From: Betaproteobacteria bacterium
GTDB lineage: Bacteria; Pseudomonadota; Gammaproteobacteria; Burkholderiales; SG8-41
DNA: 28,973 nt
NCBI GenBank assembly: GCA_021732805.1
Contig: JAKFUJ010000141.1
Span: forward strand, 1-28,973
Direction of reading: 5' to 3'
Shown piece by piece: positions 1 to 9,323 of the stretch (position 1 is its first letter; every line of letters starts with the position of its first letter). Below the pieces are notes generated by a model. It was not told the DNA's origin. It saw only the letters and a program-made list of their open reading frames with translations, and searched no databases. The translations under genes were made by a program, and so were the position numbers.

Positions 1-171
1 GGTCTCGATATTGACTACCACGCCTTTTTTCAGGCCGCGCGACGGATGGCTGCCCATGCCGATGATCTCGAAGCCGCCTTTGGGCTTGATTTCCGCAACA
101 ATGGCGACGATCTTCGAGGTGCCGATGTCGAGGCCCACCACCAATTTCTTGTTTTCCCTGGTCTTGTTCAT
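1..171 (-). CDS. ftsA: Cell division protein FtsA, N-terminal part (runs off the window edge)
   Basis: Manual translation from ATG at 171 gives MNKTRENKKLVVGLDIGTSKIVAIVAEIKPKGGFEIIGMGSHPSRGLKKGVVVNIET, with the actin-like GLDIGTSK motif. It follows ftsQ. An alternative in-frame ATG lies at 183. Confidence 0.95.
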   Translation of the reverse strand, partial: MNKTRENKKLVVGLDIGTSKIVAIVAEIKPKGGFEIIGMGSHPSRGLKKGVVVNIET

Positions 172-186
172 GATCCCTGTCATTTC

Positions 187-924
187 CTAAGCACCTCGTT
201 TGCGACGGGGTTCCTCTGCCGCAGACGGCAGACCCGGCGCACGTGCGGCGAATCCATTGGCATAACGCAGATCTACGCGGTCAACCGGGTGCGGCATGCG
301 CGCAATCGTCCGCGAATAGGTATTGACGAAACGCAGCAGGCGCGCCTCGACGTACTCACGCCCCAGATCCAGCGTCATGCCGTCCTCGAGACGAATCTGC
401 CAGGCGCGCCGCGGCGATACATTGACGGCGTCCGGGGTCTTGTCGATCGCAGCCAGGCTGCGCCTGAAGTGGTCGTACTGGATGGTCATTTCCTTGGCAG
501 CGCCTGGCGGACCGTTGAACACCGGCAATGCGCCGTCATAGGCTGCTTCGAAAACCTCGCCCTGGACATTAACCAGCGCTTCCTTGCCCCAACGCGCCAG
601 CGGCACATGTTCTGTCAGCGCCACCGCGATGCCGCGTGGCCATTCGCGCCGCAGATCCGCGCTGCGCACCCACGGCAGTTTCTCGAAAGCAGCCCGCGCT
701 GATCCCAGTTGCATGGTGAAAAACGTGCCGCGCACTTCGCGCTGAACAATGTCCTCGATCTGCTGGCGCGTGACATGCGCCGGCGGTGTCGCCACACGCA
801 CGGCGTTGACCGCAAATACCGGCAGCCGCACGGCATAAGCCACGCCGGCATACAGCAACCCGAGCAATGCCGTGACGAACAGCAGGTCGGCCAGCGTGTT
901 GAGGGCTGCAGGCTTATCCCACAT
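187..924 (-). CDS. ftsQ: Cell division protein FtsQ/DivIB
   Basis: MWDKP start, a single TM segment, a POTRA-like region ([14 protein letters not shown]) and C-terminal [10 protein letters not shown]; lies between ddlB and ftsA. Start placed at ATG 924 rather than 960. Confidence 0.93.
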   Translation of the reverse strand: MWDKPAALNTLADLLFVTALLGLLYAGVAYAVRLPVFAVNAVRVATPPAHVTRQQIEDIVQREVRGTFFTMQLGSARAAFEKLPWVRSADLRREWPRGIAVALTEHVPLARWGKEALVNVQGEVFEAAYDGALPVFNGPPGAAKEMTIQYDHFRRSLAAIDKTPDAVNVSPRRAWQIRLEDGMTLDLGREYVEARLLRFVNTYSRTIARMPHPVDRVDLRYANGFAARAPGLPSAAEEPRRKRGA

Positions 925-1825
925 GAGCCAGCTCCAGTATCTGTAGCACCAGATCTTCAAACGACATTCCGCCCTGCCGCGCGGCCATCGGCACCAGGCT
1001 GTGGCCGGTCATGCCGGGGGAGGTGTTCAATTCCAGGAACTGCACGCTGCCGTCGGCGCGGCGGATCAGGTCGGCGCGGCCCCAGCCGCTGCAGCCCAGC
1101 GCCTGCGCACTCTTCATCACCAGCGTCCGGATACGAAGCTCATCTTCCTCGGGCAGCTCGCAGGGACAGTGGTATTTCGTCTCATCGCTGAAATACTTGT
1201 TCTGGTAATCGTAATTGCCCTGCGGCGCCTCGATGCGGATCAGCGGCAGCGCCTCCCCGCCGAGAAACCCCCCCGTCAGCTCCTCGCCCGCGATGAATTC
1301 CTCCGCCATCACCAGTGCGTCGTGCTGCGCGGCCAGCGCATAGGCGGCAGGCAGGTCGGTGGCGGCCGTCACCTTGGTCAACCCGATGGTCGAACCCTCG
1401 CGCGCCGGCTTGACGATCAGCGGCAAGCCCAGCCGCTCCGCGACACCGGGCCAGTCGCTGCCGCCCGTGACCACCTCGAAACGCGGTGTCGGGATGCCGG
1501 CCGCTGCCCACACCATCTTGGTACGCACCTTGTCCATTGCCAGTGCGGAACCCATCACGCCGCTGCCGGTATAGGGGATGCCCATCAGTTCCAGCGCGCC
1601 CTGCACCGTGCCGTCCTCGCCGTGGCCGCCGTGCAGCGCGATGAACACCCGGGCAAATCCTTCGCGTTTCAAGTCGAAGATTTCACGTTCGGCCGGATCA
1701 AAGGCGTGGGCGTCACAACCCGCCGCGCGCAGGGCCTCGAGCACGTTTTTCCCGCTCATCAGCGAGATCTCGCGCTCGGCGCTGCGCCCGCCCATCAACA
1801 CCGCGATTTTTCCGAATCCACTCAT
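914..1825 (-). CDS. ddlB: D-alanine--D-alanine ligase
   Basis: [30 protein letters not shown] and ELNTSPGMT motifs; dcw position. Confidence 0.96.
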   Translation of the reverse strand: MSGFGKIAVLMGGRSAEREISLMSGKNVLEALRAAGCDAHAFDPAEREIFDLKREGFARVFIALHGGHGEDGTVQGALELMGIPYTGSGVMGSALAMDKVRTKMVWAAAGIPTPRFEVVTGGSDWPGVAERLGLPLIVKPAREGSTIGLTKVTAATDLPAAYALAAQHDALVMAEEFIAGEELTGGFLGGEALPLIRIEAPQGNYDYQNKYFSDETKYHCPCELPEEDELRIRTLVMKSAQALGCSGWGRADLIRRADGSVQFLELNTSPGMTGHSLVPMAARQGGMSFEDLVLQILELAHVG

Positions 1826-2832
1826 AGCCGCTCCCCGATCACCCTCACTTCGCGCTCCAGCGCAATGCCAAAACGTTGCTGGACCGTTTGCTGTGCGAGT
1901 TCGATCAAGGCCTCGATGTCTGCGGCGCTCGCACCGCCGGTGTTGACGATGAAGTTCGAGTGTTTCGCCGAAATCGCCGCGCCGCCGATCACCCGGCCCT
2001 TCAAGCCACAGGCTTCGATCAGGCGTGCCGCATGATCTCCCCGTGGATTGCGGAATACCGAACCGGCATTGGGCATCCCCAGCGGCTGGGCGGCGATACG
2101 CTGCGACAGCAACGCCTTGATTTTTGCCCGGGATTCAATACCATCACCGCGCGGCAGTTTGAATGTCGCTGACACAAACCATTCCTCGGCATCGGCATTT
2201 TTGCGCGCTCCGCAACCCGGCACGCTCGACAACTGGCGGCAACGGCGTTCAACGCTGCGGTAACCAACGGTGTAATGGCCGGGGGTGCGCACGCGCAGCG
2301 TTCCGGTTCGGTCTATGGTTTCAACCTGGGACACGATGTCCCAGGTTTCGCCGCCGTAACAACCGGCATTCATCGCCACCCCACCGCCGACAGTACCCGG
2401 GATACCGGCAAGGAATTCCGCTCCGGCAAGGTTGTTGATTGCAGCGATGCGCGCCACCTTGGGGCTGGCCACGCCGGCTTGCGCCCTGATTACTCCGGCG
2501 AGACCGGCAACGGCCGACACTTCCACTTCGCGCAGGGCCCAGTGGGTAAAAATCACCGTGCCGCCATATCCACCATCGCGCACCAGCAGATTGCTGCCGA
2601 GGCCAACCATGCATACCGGCTCCGCATCGGGCAATCCACGCAGGAATACGGCCATGTCGTCAAGGTCAGCAGGCGCATAAGTGCAGCGCGCGCTGCCTCC
2701 CGCCCGCCAGCTGACATGGCGCGCCATGGGTTCATCGCAATGCAAGGTGCCGCGCAATCCCTGTTTCCGTATCTGTTCCTGCTCGCTCATATTCATGTCT
2801 GTATTTCGCCCAAGCGCGGCATCCCGGCTCAC
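1822..2832 (-). CDS. murB: UDP-N-acetylenolpyruvoylglucosamine reductase
   Basis: [45 protein letters not shown] and LEREV motifs. The GTG at 2832 overlaps the murC stop; ATGs at 2796 and 2790 are alternative starts. Confidence 0.95.
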   Translation of the reverse strand: MSRDAALGRNTDMNMSEQEQIRKQGLRGTLHCDEPMARHVSWRAGGSARCTYAPADLDDMAVFLRGLPDAEPVCMVGLGSNLLVRDGGYGGTVIFTHWALREVEVSAVAGLAGVIRAQAGVASPKVARIAAINNLAGAEFLAGIPGTVGGGVAMNAGCYGGETWDIVSQVETIDRTGTLRVRTPGHYTVGYRSVERRCRQLSSVPGCGARKNADAEEWFVSATFKLPRGDGIESRAKIKALLSQRIAAQPLGMPNAGSVFRNPRGDHAARLIEACGLKGRVIGGAAISAKHSNFIVNTGGASAADIEALIELAQQTVQQRFGIALEREVRVIGERL

Positions 2833-4241
2833 GCGCTTTCCCTTTCTTCCCTTTTTTTCGCCAGCCTGCCTGCCACCGTACCGATGGAACCGGCCCCCAT
2901 CGCCAGCACCACATCACCGTCACGCGCTGTGCCGGAAATCGCCGCAGGCAAATCACCCACCTGCTCGACAAACACCGGCTCCACCTTGCCCAGCACGCGC
3001 ACTGCACGCACCAGCGCACGGCCGTCTGCAGCAACAATCGGCGCTTCGCCCGCCGGATACACTTCGGTCAGCAGCAATGCATCGACCCCGGACAACACGC
3101 GCGCAAAATCCTCGAAACAATCACGGGTGCGTGTATAACGATGCGGCTGGAATGCCAGCACCAGCCGTCGTCCGGGAAACGCGCCGCGCGCAGCGGCGAT
3201 GGTGGCGGCCATTTCCACCGGGTGGTGACCATAGTCGTCGATTAGTTCAAAAGTGCCGCCGCCGGCCAATGGCACCGCGCCGTGGCGCTGAAAACGACGA
3301 CCGACGCCCTTGAATTCAGCCAAAGCCTTGATGATTTTTTCATCAGCCACACCAACTTCCATGCCGATGGCAATCGCAGCCAGCGCGTTAAGCACGTTAT
3401 GCACGCCCGCCAGATTCAGCGTGATGTCGAGATCAGGCAGCCGTCGCCCGTTATTGCGCTGCACCCGGAAATGCATGCGCCCGGCATCGGCCTTCACTGC
3501 AGTCGCGCGCACTTGCGCGCCCTCATCCAATCCGTAGGTCACCACGGTTTTGGTGAGCCTGGGCATGATCGCGCGCACGTTGGCATCATCGCTGCACAGC
3601 ACGGTCACGCCATAGAACGGCAGACGCTCGACGAAATCGACGAACGCCTGCTTCAGTTTGTCCAGCGAGTGGTCGTAGGTCTCCATGTGGTCAGAGTCGA
3701 TGTTGGTGACGACCGAAATCACCGGCTGCAAATGAAGGAACGAGGCATCCGATTCATCCGCTTCGGCGACGATGAATTCGCCGGCCCCCAGGCGGGCATG
3801 CGCACCGGCGCTCTCCAGCCGGCCGCCGATGACAAAAGTCGGATCCAGTCCGCCCTCGGCCAGCACGCTGGCGGCAAGGCTGGTGGTCGTGGTCTTGCCG
3901 TGGGTGCCGGCCACGGCTATACCCTGCTTGAGGCGCATCAGTTCTGCCAGCATCAGCGCCCGAGGTACTACGGGCACATGGCGGGCACGCGCCGCAACCA
4001 CCTCGGGGTTGTCGGATTTGACTGCGCTGGAAATCACCACGACATCGGCCGTGGCAACATGTGCCGCGGCATGCCCGATGTCGACCTTCGCGCCCATCCC
4101 GACCAGGCGGCGCGTGGCGGCGCTCTCACTCAAATCAGAACCGCTGACCACATAGCCGAGGTTCAACAAAACCTCGGCGATGCCGCTCATGCCGGCGCCG
4201 CCGATGCCCACGAAATGCACTTGTCGGACTTTATGCCGCAT
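2829..4241 (-). CDS. murC: UDP-N-acetylmuramate--L-alanine ligase
   Basis: Starts [25 protein letters not shown]; also [16 protein letters not shown] and DDYGHHP motifs. ATG at 4241 has a GAAGGAG RBS at 4253-4259. Confidence 0.97.
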   Translation of the reverse strand: MRHKVRQVHFVGIGGAGMSGIAEVLLNLGYVVSGSDLSESAATRRLVGMGAKVDIGHAAAHVATADVVVISSAVKSDNPEVVAARARHVPVVPRALMLAELMRLKQGIAVAGTHGKTTTTSLAASVLAEGGLDPTFVIGGRLESAGAHARLGAGEFIVAEADESDASFLHLQPVISVVTNIDSDHMETYDHSLDKLKQAFVDFVERLPFYGVTVLCSDDANVRAIMPRLTKTVVTYGLDEGAQVRATAVKADAGRMHFRVQRNNGRRLPDLDITLNLAGVHNVLNALAAIAIGMEVGVADEKIIKALAEFKGVGRRFQRHGAVPLAGGGTFELIDDYGHHPVEMAATIAAARGAFPGRRLVLAFQPHRYTRTRDCFEDFARVLSGVDALLLTEVYPAGEAPIVAADGRALVRAVRVLGKVEPVFVEQVGDLPAAISGTARDGDVVLAMGAGSIGTVAGRLAKKREERESA

Positions 4242-4396
4242 TACCGGATCGTCTCCTTCAACGCCCGCGAATCGGCGGCGGGCCATGCTCGCGGCCGGTC
4301 GCATCCCGCGCGAACCCCCTGCGCGGAGCCCTGCTTCCTGCTCGCATGGGCCCCACCTCTGCCTACAAAATGAATCTGGCGAACCTTGTGTCTCAT
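4241..4396 (-). CDS. Small 51-aa ORF whose first 16 codons duplicate the MurC N-terminus (displaced murC 5' fragment plus spacer)
   Basis: Manual translation: [55 protein letters not shown] lies 8 nt upstream of the ATG, and its TAA overlaps the murC ATG (TAATG). Expression is unproven. Confidence 0.5.
   Translation of the reverse strand: MRHKVRQIHFVGRGGAHASRKQGSAQGVRAGCDRPRAWPAADSRALKETIR
4242..4348. repeat. 107-bp hairpin-rich spacer A between the two murC 5' copies
   Basis: Stems GCCCGC..GCGGGC and CCGCGC..GCGCGG; supplies the murC RBS; partial by-eye similarity to spacer B (8127-8234). Confidence 0.45.
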
Positions 4397-4406
4397 GTCA
4401 GACGCC

Positions 4407-5480
4407 TCATACCGGTGCCAGCTCCGTACAAAACTCGGCCACCTTCTGTGCGGCTTCCGGTTTACCCACGGCGCGCGCTGCGCGCGCCATTTCCAGCAGC
4501 TTTTGCCTGGTCAGGCCGCGCAGCGTATCCGCCAGCGATTGCGGCGTCAGCGTGGCCTGCGGTATCAACAGCGCAGCACCGCGGTCAGACAGATACGCGG
4601 CATTGCGGGTCTGGTGATCATCAGCGGCGTACGGGAACGGCACCAGGATGCTGCCGACTCCGGCCACTGCGAGTTCGGTGATAGTGGTCGCCCCGGCGCG
4701 GCAGATCACCAGATCGGCGTTGCCATATCGCAGGGCCATGTCATCAATGAAATCAACGATTTCAGCATCGACACCGGCGTTGCGATAGGTGTAACGCAAT
4801 GCTGCCAGATGCGCCTTGCCCGCTTGATGTGTCACCACCGGTCGTTCAGCCTGCGCCAGCAGCGCCAGCGCTTGCGGCACCGTGACATTGAGTGCCTTGG
4901 CGCCGAGGCTGCCGCCAACCACCAGAACCCGCAACGGACCACTGCGGTTGGCAAAACGCGCCTCGGGTGGCGGCAGGTTGACGATGTCGGTGCGCACCGG
5001 ATTGCCGGACCAGATCACATCGATGCGGCCGTTGAACGCATCGGGAAACGCTGCAAGCACGCGATCGGCAACACCGGCGAGCACGCGGTTGGCCAGACCC
5101 GGCACCGCATTCTGTTCGTGGATCAGCAATGGCTTGCCCAGGAGCGCCGCCATCATGCCGCCGGGAAACGCAGCGTAACCACCCATGCCCAGTACCACGT
5201 CGGGCCGGTGGCGGAAAATCGCCTTGGCGCTTTGCCAGAACGCAATCAGCAAAGACGCCGGCAGCAACAGCTTGCGTAACAAACTTTTGCCGCGCACACC
5301 GCCAAAGCGGATCCATACCGTCGTGTAACCGTACGGCGGCACCAGGCGCTCTTCCATGCCGCCACGTGCACCCAGCCAGACCACGTTCCAGCCGCGACCG
5401 CGTAATACTTCGGCCACAGCCAATGCGGGAAAGATGTGACCACCGGTGCCGCCGGCCATGACAAGAATGGTCAGGCTCAT
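4407..5480 (-). CDS. murG: Undecaprenyl-PP-MurNAc-pentapeptide GlcNAc transferase
   Basis: [35 protein letters not shown] and DDHQTRNA motifs. Confidence 0.97.
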   Translation of the reverse strand: MSLTILVMAGGTGGHIFPALAVAEVLRGRGWNVVWLGARGGMEERLVPPYGYTTVWIRFGGVRGKSLLRKLLLPASLLIAFWQSAKAIFRHRPDVVLGMGGYAAFPGGMMAALLGKPLLIHEQNAVPGLANRVLAGVADRVLAAFPDAFNGRIDVIWSGNPVRTDIVNLPPPEARFANRSGPLRVLVVGGSLGAKALNVTVPQALALLAQAERPVVTHQAGKAHLAALRYTYRNAGVDAEIVDFIDDMALRYGNADLVICRAGATTITELAVAGVGSILVPFPYAADDHQTRNAAYLSDRGAALLIPQATLTPQSLADTLRGLTRQKLLEMARAARAVGKPEAAQKVAEFCTELAPV

Positions 5481-6655
5481 ACCGTGAACCCCCGCATCAG
5501 TTGCCGATTCTCCCAGTCAATCCGCAACAGAACCGCCAGCGCGCAGCAGATCGCCAAAATCGCACTGCCGCCGAACGACAACAGCGGCAGCGTCAGCCCC
5601 TTGGTCGGCAACATGCCCATGTTGACGCCCATGTTGATGATGGTCTGCACACCGATCCACAGGCCGATGCCCTGCGCCACCAGCGTGGCATAAGGCCGTT
5701 CGAGCTCACCCGCCCGACGACCGATGGCAAAGGCGCGCCACACGATCCACGCGAACAGCAGCGTCAGCACCAGCACGCCGGCGAAGCCCAGTTCCTCGGC
5801 AATCACCGCCAACAAGAAGTCGGTGTGCGCTTCCGGCAGGTAAAACAGCTTTTCGACACTGGCGCCGAGCCCGACACCAAACCATTCGCCGCGGCCGAAC
5901 GCAATCAGCGCATGCGATAACTGATAACCCTTGCCGTACGGATCAGCCCACGGATCCATGAATCCGATCACGCGCTGCATGCGATAAGGGCTGCTCCAGA
6001 TCAGCAGCAGAAAACCGATGACCAGCATCACGATGAGGCCCGCGAATAAACGCCAGTTCATGCCGCCGAGGAACAGGATGCCCATCGCTATCACGGTAAT
6101 CACCGCAAACGAGCCAAAGTCGGGTTCGCGCAGAAGCAATCCACCGGTGAGCAGCATCACGCCGGCCATCGGCAGAAAACCCTTGCGCAGGCTGTGCATG
6201 AATGCCGCCTTGCGCGCGGTGTAATCGGCGGCATAGAGCACCGCGCACAGCTTCATCAACTCAGACGGTTGCAGGTTGGCAATGCCGAGTGACAGCCAGC
6301 GCCGGCTGCCGTTGACTTCGCGGCCGATCCCCGGAATCAGCACCAGTGTCAGCAGCACAAGGCCGATCACAAACAGGATGGGCGCTGCGCGCTGCCAGAT
6401 GCGCAACGGCACCTGGAACACGATGGCCCCGGCCACCAGACTCACCAGCACATAGGCGGCATGGCGCGACAGGTAATAAAACGCATTGTTACCGGTGCTG
6501 CGACTGGCTTCTGCGATCGCGATGGACGCCGAATACACCATGACCATGCCGAATCCGAGCAGCAAAACAGTAACCCAGATCAGCGCGCTGTCGTATTCCT
6601 GAACCACATTGCGCTGGCCCAGCGGCTGGTTGATGGTCGCGTAGTAGCGGCTCAC
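5477..6655 (-). CDS. ftsW: Peptidoglycan glycosyltransferase FtsW (SEDS)
   Basis: Polytopic membrane protein with [28 protein letters not shown] and LPTKGLTLP motifs. Confidence 0.97.
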   Translation of the reverse strand: MSRYYATINQPLGQRNVVQEYDSALIWVTVLLLGFGMVMVYSASIAIAEASRSTGNNAFYYLSRHAAYVLVSLVAGAIVFQVPLRIWQRAAPILFVIGLVLLTLVLIPGIGREVNGSRRWLSLGIANLQPSELMKLCAVLYAADYTARKAAFMHSLRKGFLPMAGVMLLTGGLLLREPDFGSFAVITVIAMGILFLGGMNWRLFAGLIVMLVIGFLLLIWSSPYRMQRVIGFMDPWADPYGKGYQLSHALIAFGRGEWFGVGLGASVEKLFYLPEAHTDFLLAVIAEELGFAGVLVLTLLFAWIVWRAFAIGRRAGELERPYATLVAQGIGLWIGVQTIINMGVNMGMLPTKGLTLPLLSFGGSAILAICCALAVLLRIDWENRQLMRGFTV

Positions 6656-8025
6656 GCGAACCTCCGCTGCAATGCCGCCACTGCGGCAGCAAACACTTGT
6701 GCGCGATGGATGTAATTGCGGTACATGTCATAACTGGCACAGGCCGGCGACAGCAGCACTGCATCGCCCGATTGCGCGGCTTTGAACGCCAGTTCCACTG
6801 CCTCTTCCATGTCAGCAGCACGCAGCACCGGCACCTTGGCGCCGATGGCCTCGGCGATGCGCGCCGCATCACGGCCGATCAGCACCACGGCGCGTGCCCG
6901 GCGTTGCGCCGCCGCCGCCAGCGGCGTGAAATCCTGTCCTTTGCCATCCCCCCCGGCAATCAGCACCACCGGTTGCGGCATGCCGTCCAGTGCGGCAACC
7001 GTGGCGCCGACGTTGGTTCCTTTGGAATCGTCGTAAAACCATATGTTATTGATTTTATTGATATTTTTTACACGATGCGGCAGCCCGTCAAAAGCCAGCC
7101 AAGCCTTGGCAATCGCCGCATCATCAACACCGATCACACGGCACAGCGCACCCGCCGCCAGTGCATTGGCGGCATTGTGCAAACCGGCAACGCGCAGCGC
7201 GGCAACCGGCGCCAGCGCGGCATCGCCGCGCATAAGCGTTTGCGTGTTGCCCGTGCCACCGATACCCCAGGCTTCGACTTCCCGCGGCACATCCAGTCCG
7301 AAACGCACCACCCGGCGTGCAGGCAATGCCATGCCGTCGCTCCATGCATCCTGACGATTGAGCACCTGCGTGCCGTTGCCAGCAAAGATGCGGCTTTTGG
7401 CAGCGGCGTATTCCCGGATGCCCTCATAACGATCAAGATGGTCTTCGGAAAGATTCAATACCGTCGCCGCGCGCGGCTGCAGCGATATCGTGCTTTCCAG
7501 TTGAAAACTCGACAACTCCAGCACAAAGGCTCCCGGTAGCGGCGCACCCTCTTCAATTTCCGTCAGCGCGTCCAGCACCGGCAAACCGATATTCCCCGCC
7601 ACCACCGGCCGCAACCCCGCCGTTTTGCAGATTTCACCGGCCAGTGCGGTCACCGTACTTTTGCCGTTGGAACCGGTAATGGCAATCACCGGCGGTGCAT
7701 CACCGCGTGCAGCCAGCGCCTGCGCGAACAGCTCGACATCGCCCACCACCGGCACGCCTTTTGCCGCTGCCTGCGCCAGTGCACCGCTGCGCCGGTCCAC
7801 ACCGGGACTCACCGCGATGATGTCAACATCGCTGACATCCGGCGCCACGCCCAGCGCGAGCGGAATCTGCGGCAGCTCGCTGCGCAGTGTGGCTGCATGC
7901 GGAGGCGCTGCGCGACTGTCCGTCGCGCGCACGTCGGCGCCGCAGCGCTGCAGCCAGCGCGCCATCGACAACCCGGTATCACCGAGACCAACGACCATTA
8001 CGCGTGCACCCTTGAGATCAAACAT
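6652..8025 (-). CDS. murD: UDP-MurNAc-L-Ala--D-glutamate ligase
   Basis: [48 protein letters not shown] and SPACAS motifs; ATG at 8025. Confidence 0.97.
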   Translation of the reverse strand: MFDLKGARVMVVGLGDTGLSMARWLQRCGADVRATDSRAAPPHAATLRSELPQIPLALGVAPDVSDVDIIAVSPGVDRRSGALAQAAAKGVPVVGDVELFAQALAARGDAPPVIAITGSNGKSTVTALAGEICKTAGLRPVVAGNIGLPVLDALTEIEEGAPLPGAFVLELSSFQLESTISLQPRAATVLNLSEDHLDRYEGIREYAAAKSRIFAGNGTQVLNRQDAWSDGMALPARRVVRFGLDVPREVEAWGIGGTGNTQTLMRGDAALAPVAALRVAGLHNAANALAAGALCRVIGVDDAAIAKAWLAFDGLPHRVKNINKINNIWFYDDSKGTNVGATVAALDGMPQPVVLIAGGDGKGQDFTPLAAAAQRRARAVVLIGRDAARIAEAIGAKVPVLRAADMEEAVELAFKAAQSGDAVLLSPACASYDMYRNYIHRAQVFAAAVAALQRRFA

Positions 8026-8027
8026 CA

Positions 8028-8057
8028 ATTCCGGTTTCGCATTCCGTTTTGCATTCC
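8028..8057. repeat. Short imperfect tandem repeat (GGAAT x3 on the minus strand, 12-13 bp period) just upstream of murD
   Basis: ATTCC occurs at 8028, 8041 and 8053. The minus strand reads GGAATGCAAAAC GGAATGCGAAACC GGAAT. Confidence 0.7.
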
Positions 8058-8060
8058 CTG

Positions 8061-8234
8061 CTACCGCAACTTCAGCGTCGACAGACCGATCAGCGCCAGC
8101 ATCATCGTGATAATCCAGAAACGCACTGGGTAGTTTTGGCTGCGGCCGCCATGTCGCGCGAGCGCAACATGGCTTAACCTGCCAAGCAGGTTAGCCTTCG
8201 CCGAAACCACCCCGTCGTTCGCTTTTCTGTTCAT
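8061..8234 (-). CDS. Small 57-aa ORF ending in a duplicate of the MraY C-terminal helix (spacer plus displaced mraY 3' fragment)
   Basis: ATG directly follows the mraY TAG, in the same frame. Translation: [57 protein letters not shown]. The last 21 aa match the MraY C-terminus at 20/21. Expression is unproven. Confidence 0.55.
   Translation of the reverse strand: MNRKANDGVVSAKANLLGRLSHVALARHGGRSQNYPVRFWIITMMLALIGLSTLKLR
8127..8234. repeat. 108-bp hairpin-rich spacer B between the two mraY 3' copies
   Basis: Stems GCCATGT..ACATGGC and TAACCTGC-caa-GCAGGTTA; partial by-eye similarity to spacer A. Confidence 0.45.
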
Positions 8235-9320
8235 CTATCTCAATTTCAGTGTCGAGAGCCCGATTAACACCAGCATCATCGTGATGATCCAGAAGCGAAC
8301 GACGACCTGGTTTTCTTTCCAGCCTTTCAATTCATAGTGGTGATGCAGCGGCGCCATGCGGAATATGCGTTTGCCGGTGAGCTTGAATGAAGCCACCTGC
8401 AGCATCACCGACAGGGTTTCGACGACAAACACGCCGCCCATGATGAACAGCACGATTTCCTGGCGCACGATGACGGCGATGGTGCCCAGCGCAGCACCCA
8501 GTGCCAGCGCGCCGACATCGCCCATGAACACTTCCGCCGGATAGGCGTTGAACCACAAAAACGCAAGGCCGGCGCCGGCCAGCGCGCCGCAGATCACCGT
8601 CAGTTCGCCGGCCCCCGGGATGTACGGGAACGCGAGATACTTGGCAAACACGGCATTGCCCGCCACGTAGGCAAAAATGCCCAGTGCACTGCCGACCATC
8701 ACCGTGGGCATGATCGCCAGACCGTCCAGTCCGTCGGTCAAATTGACGGCATTGCTGGTGCCCACAATCACCAGATAGGTCATGGTGATGAACCCGATGG
8801 CGCCCAGCGGGTAAGTCACCTGCTTGAAAAACGGCACAATGAATTCGGTCTGCGCCGGCAGATTGGTCGAGTAAGCAATAAATACCGCCGCACCGAGGCC
8901 AAGCACTGACTGCCAGAAAAACTTCACCCGCGCCGGCAGCCCTTTGGGATTGCGATGCACCACCTTGCGGTAATCGTCAACCCAGCCGATGGCGCCAAAT
9001 CCCATGGTCACGACCAGCACTACCCAGACAAAACGGTTCCGCAGGTCTGCCCACAGCAGTGTCGTAATAATGATCGACACCAGGATCAGCGCACCGCCCA
9101 TGGTCGGTGTTCCGGCTTTGATCAGATGGGTCTGCGGACCATCGTCGCGCACTGCCTGACCGATTTTGTACGCTGTCAGCCTGCGGATCAGTGCAGGTCC
9201 GACAATGAACGAGATCATCAGCGAGGTCAGACAAGCCAGCACCGCGCGCAGCGTCAGGTAACTGAACACATTGAAGGCGCGGACATACTGTTCCAGCCAT
9301 TGCGCCAGTTCAAGCAGCAT
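8235..9320 (-). CDS. mraY: Phospho-N-acetylmuramoyl-pentapeptide transferase
   Basis: [32 protein letters not shown] and MAPLHHHYE motifs; about 10 TM segments. Confidence 0.98.
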   Translation of the reverse strand: MLLELAQWLEQYVRAFNVFSYLTLRAVLACLTSLMISFIVGPALIRRLTAYKIGQAVRDDGPQTHLIKAGTPTMGGALILVSIIITTLLWADLRNRFVWVVLVVTMGFGAIGWVDDYRKVVHRNPKGLPARVKFFWQSVLGLGAAVFIAYSTNLPAQTEFIVPFFKQVTYPLGAIGFITMTYLVIVGTSNAVNLTDGLDGLAIMPTVMVGSALGIFAYVAGNAVFAKYLAFPYIPGAGELTVICGALAGAGLAFLWFNAYPAEVFMGDVGALALGAALGTIAVIVRQEIVLFIMGGVFVVETLSVMLQVASFKLTGKRIFRMAPLHHHYELKGWKENQVVVRFWIITMMLVLIGLSTLKLR

Positions 9321-9323
9321 TGC

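Noticed and set aside
2195-2220. Resemblance of the MurB insertion DNA (GTTGCGGAGCGCGC..ATG) to spacer B
   Set aside because: Short, gapped and GC-rich; indistinguishable from chance by eye.
4242-4304. Extended N-termini from the ORF track for murC (4304), and similarly mraZ (15615), pyrC (18053), cfa (26759), MFS (25017) and others
   Set aside because: The extensions overlap neighbouring genes or regulatory sites and lack family similarity; downstream starts with coupling or RBS evidence were used.
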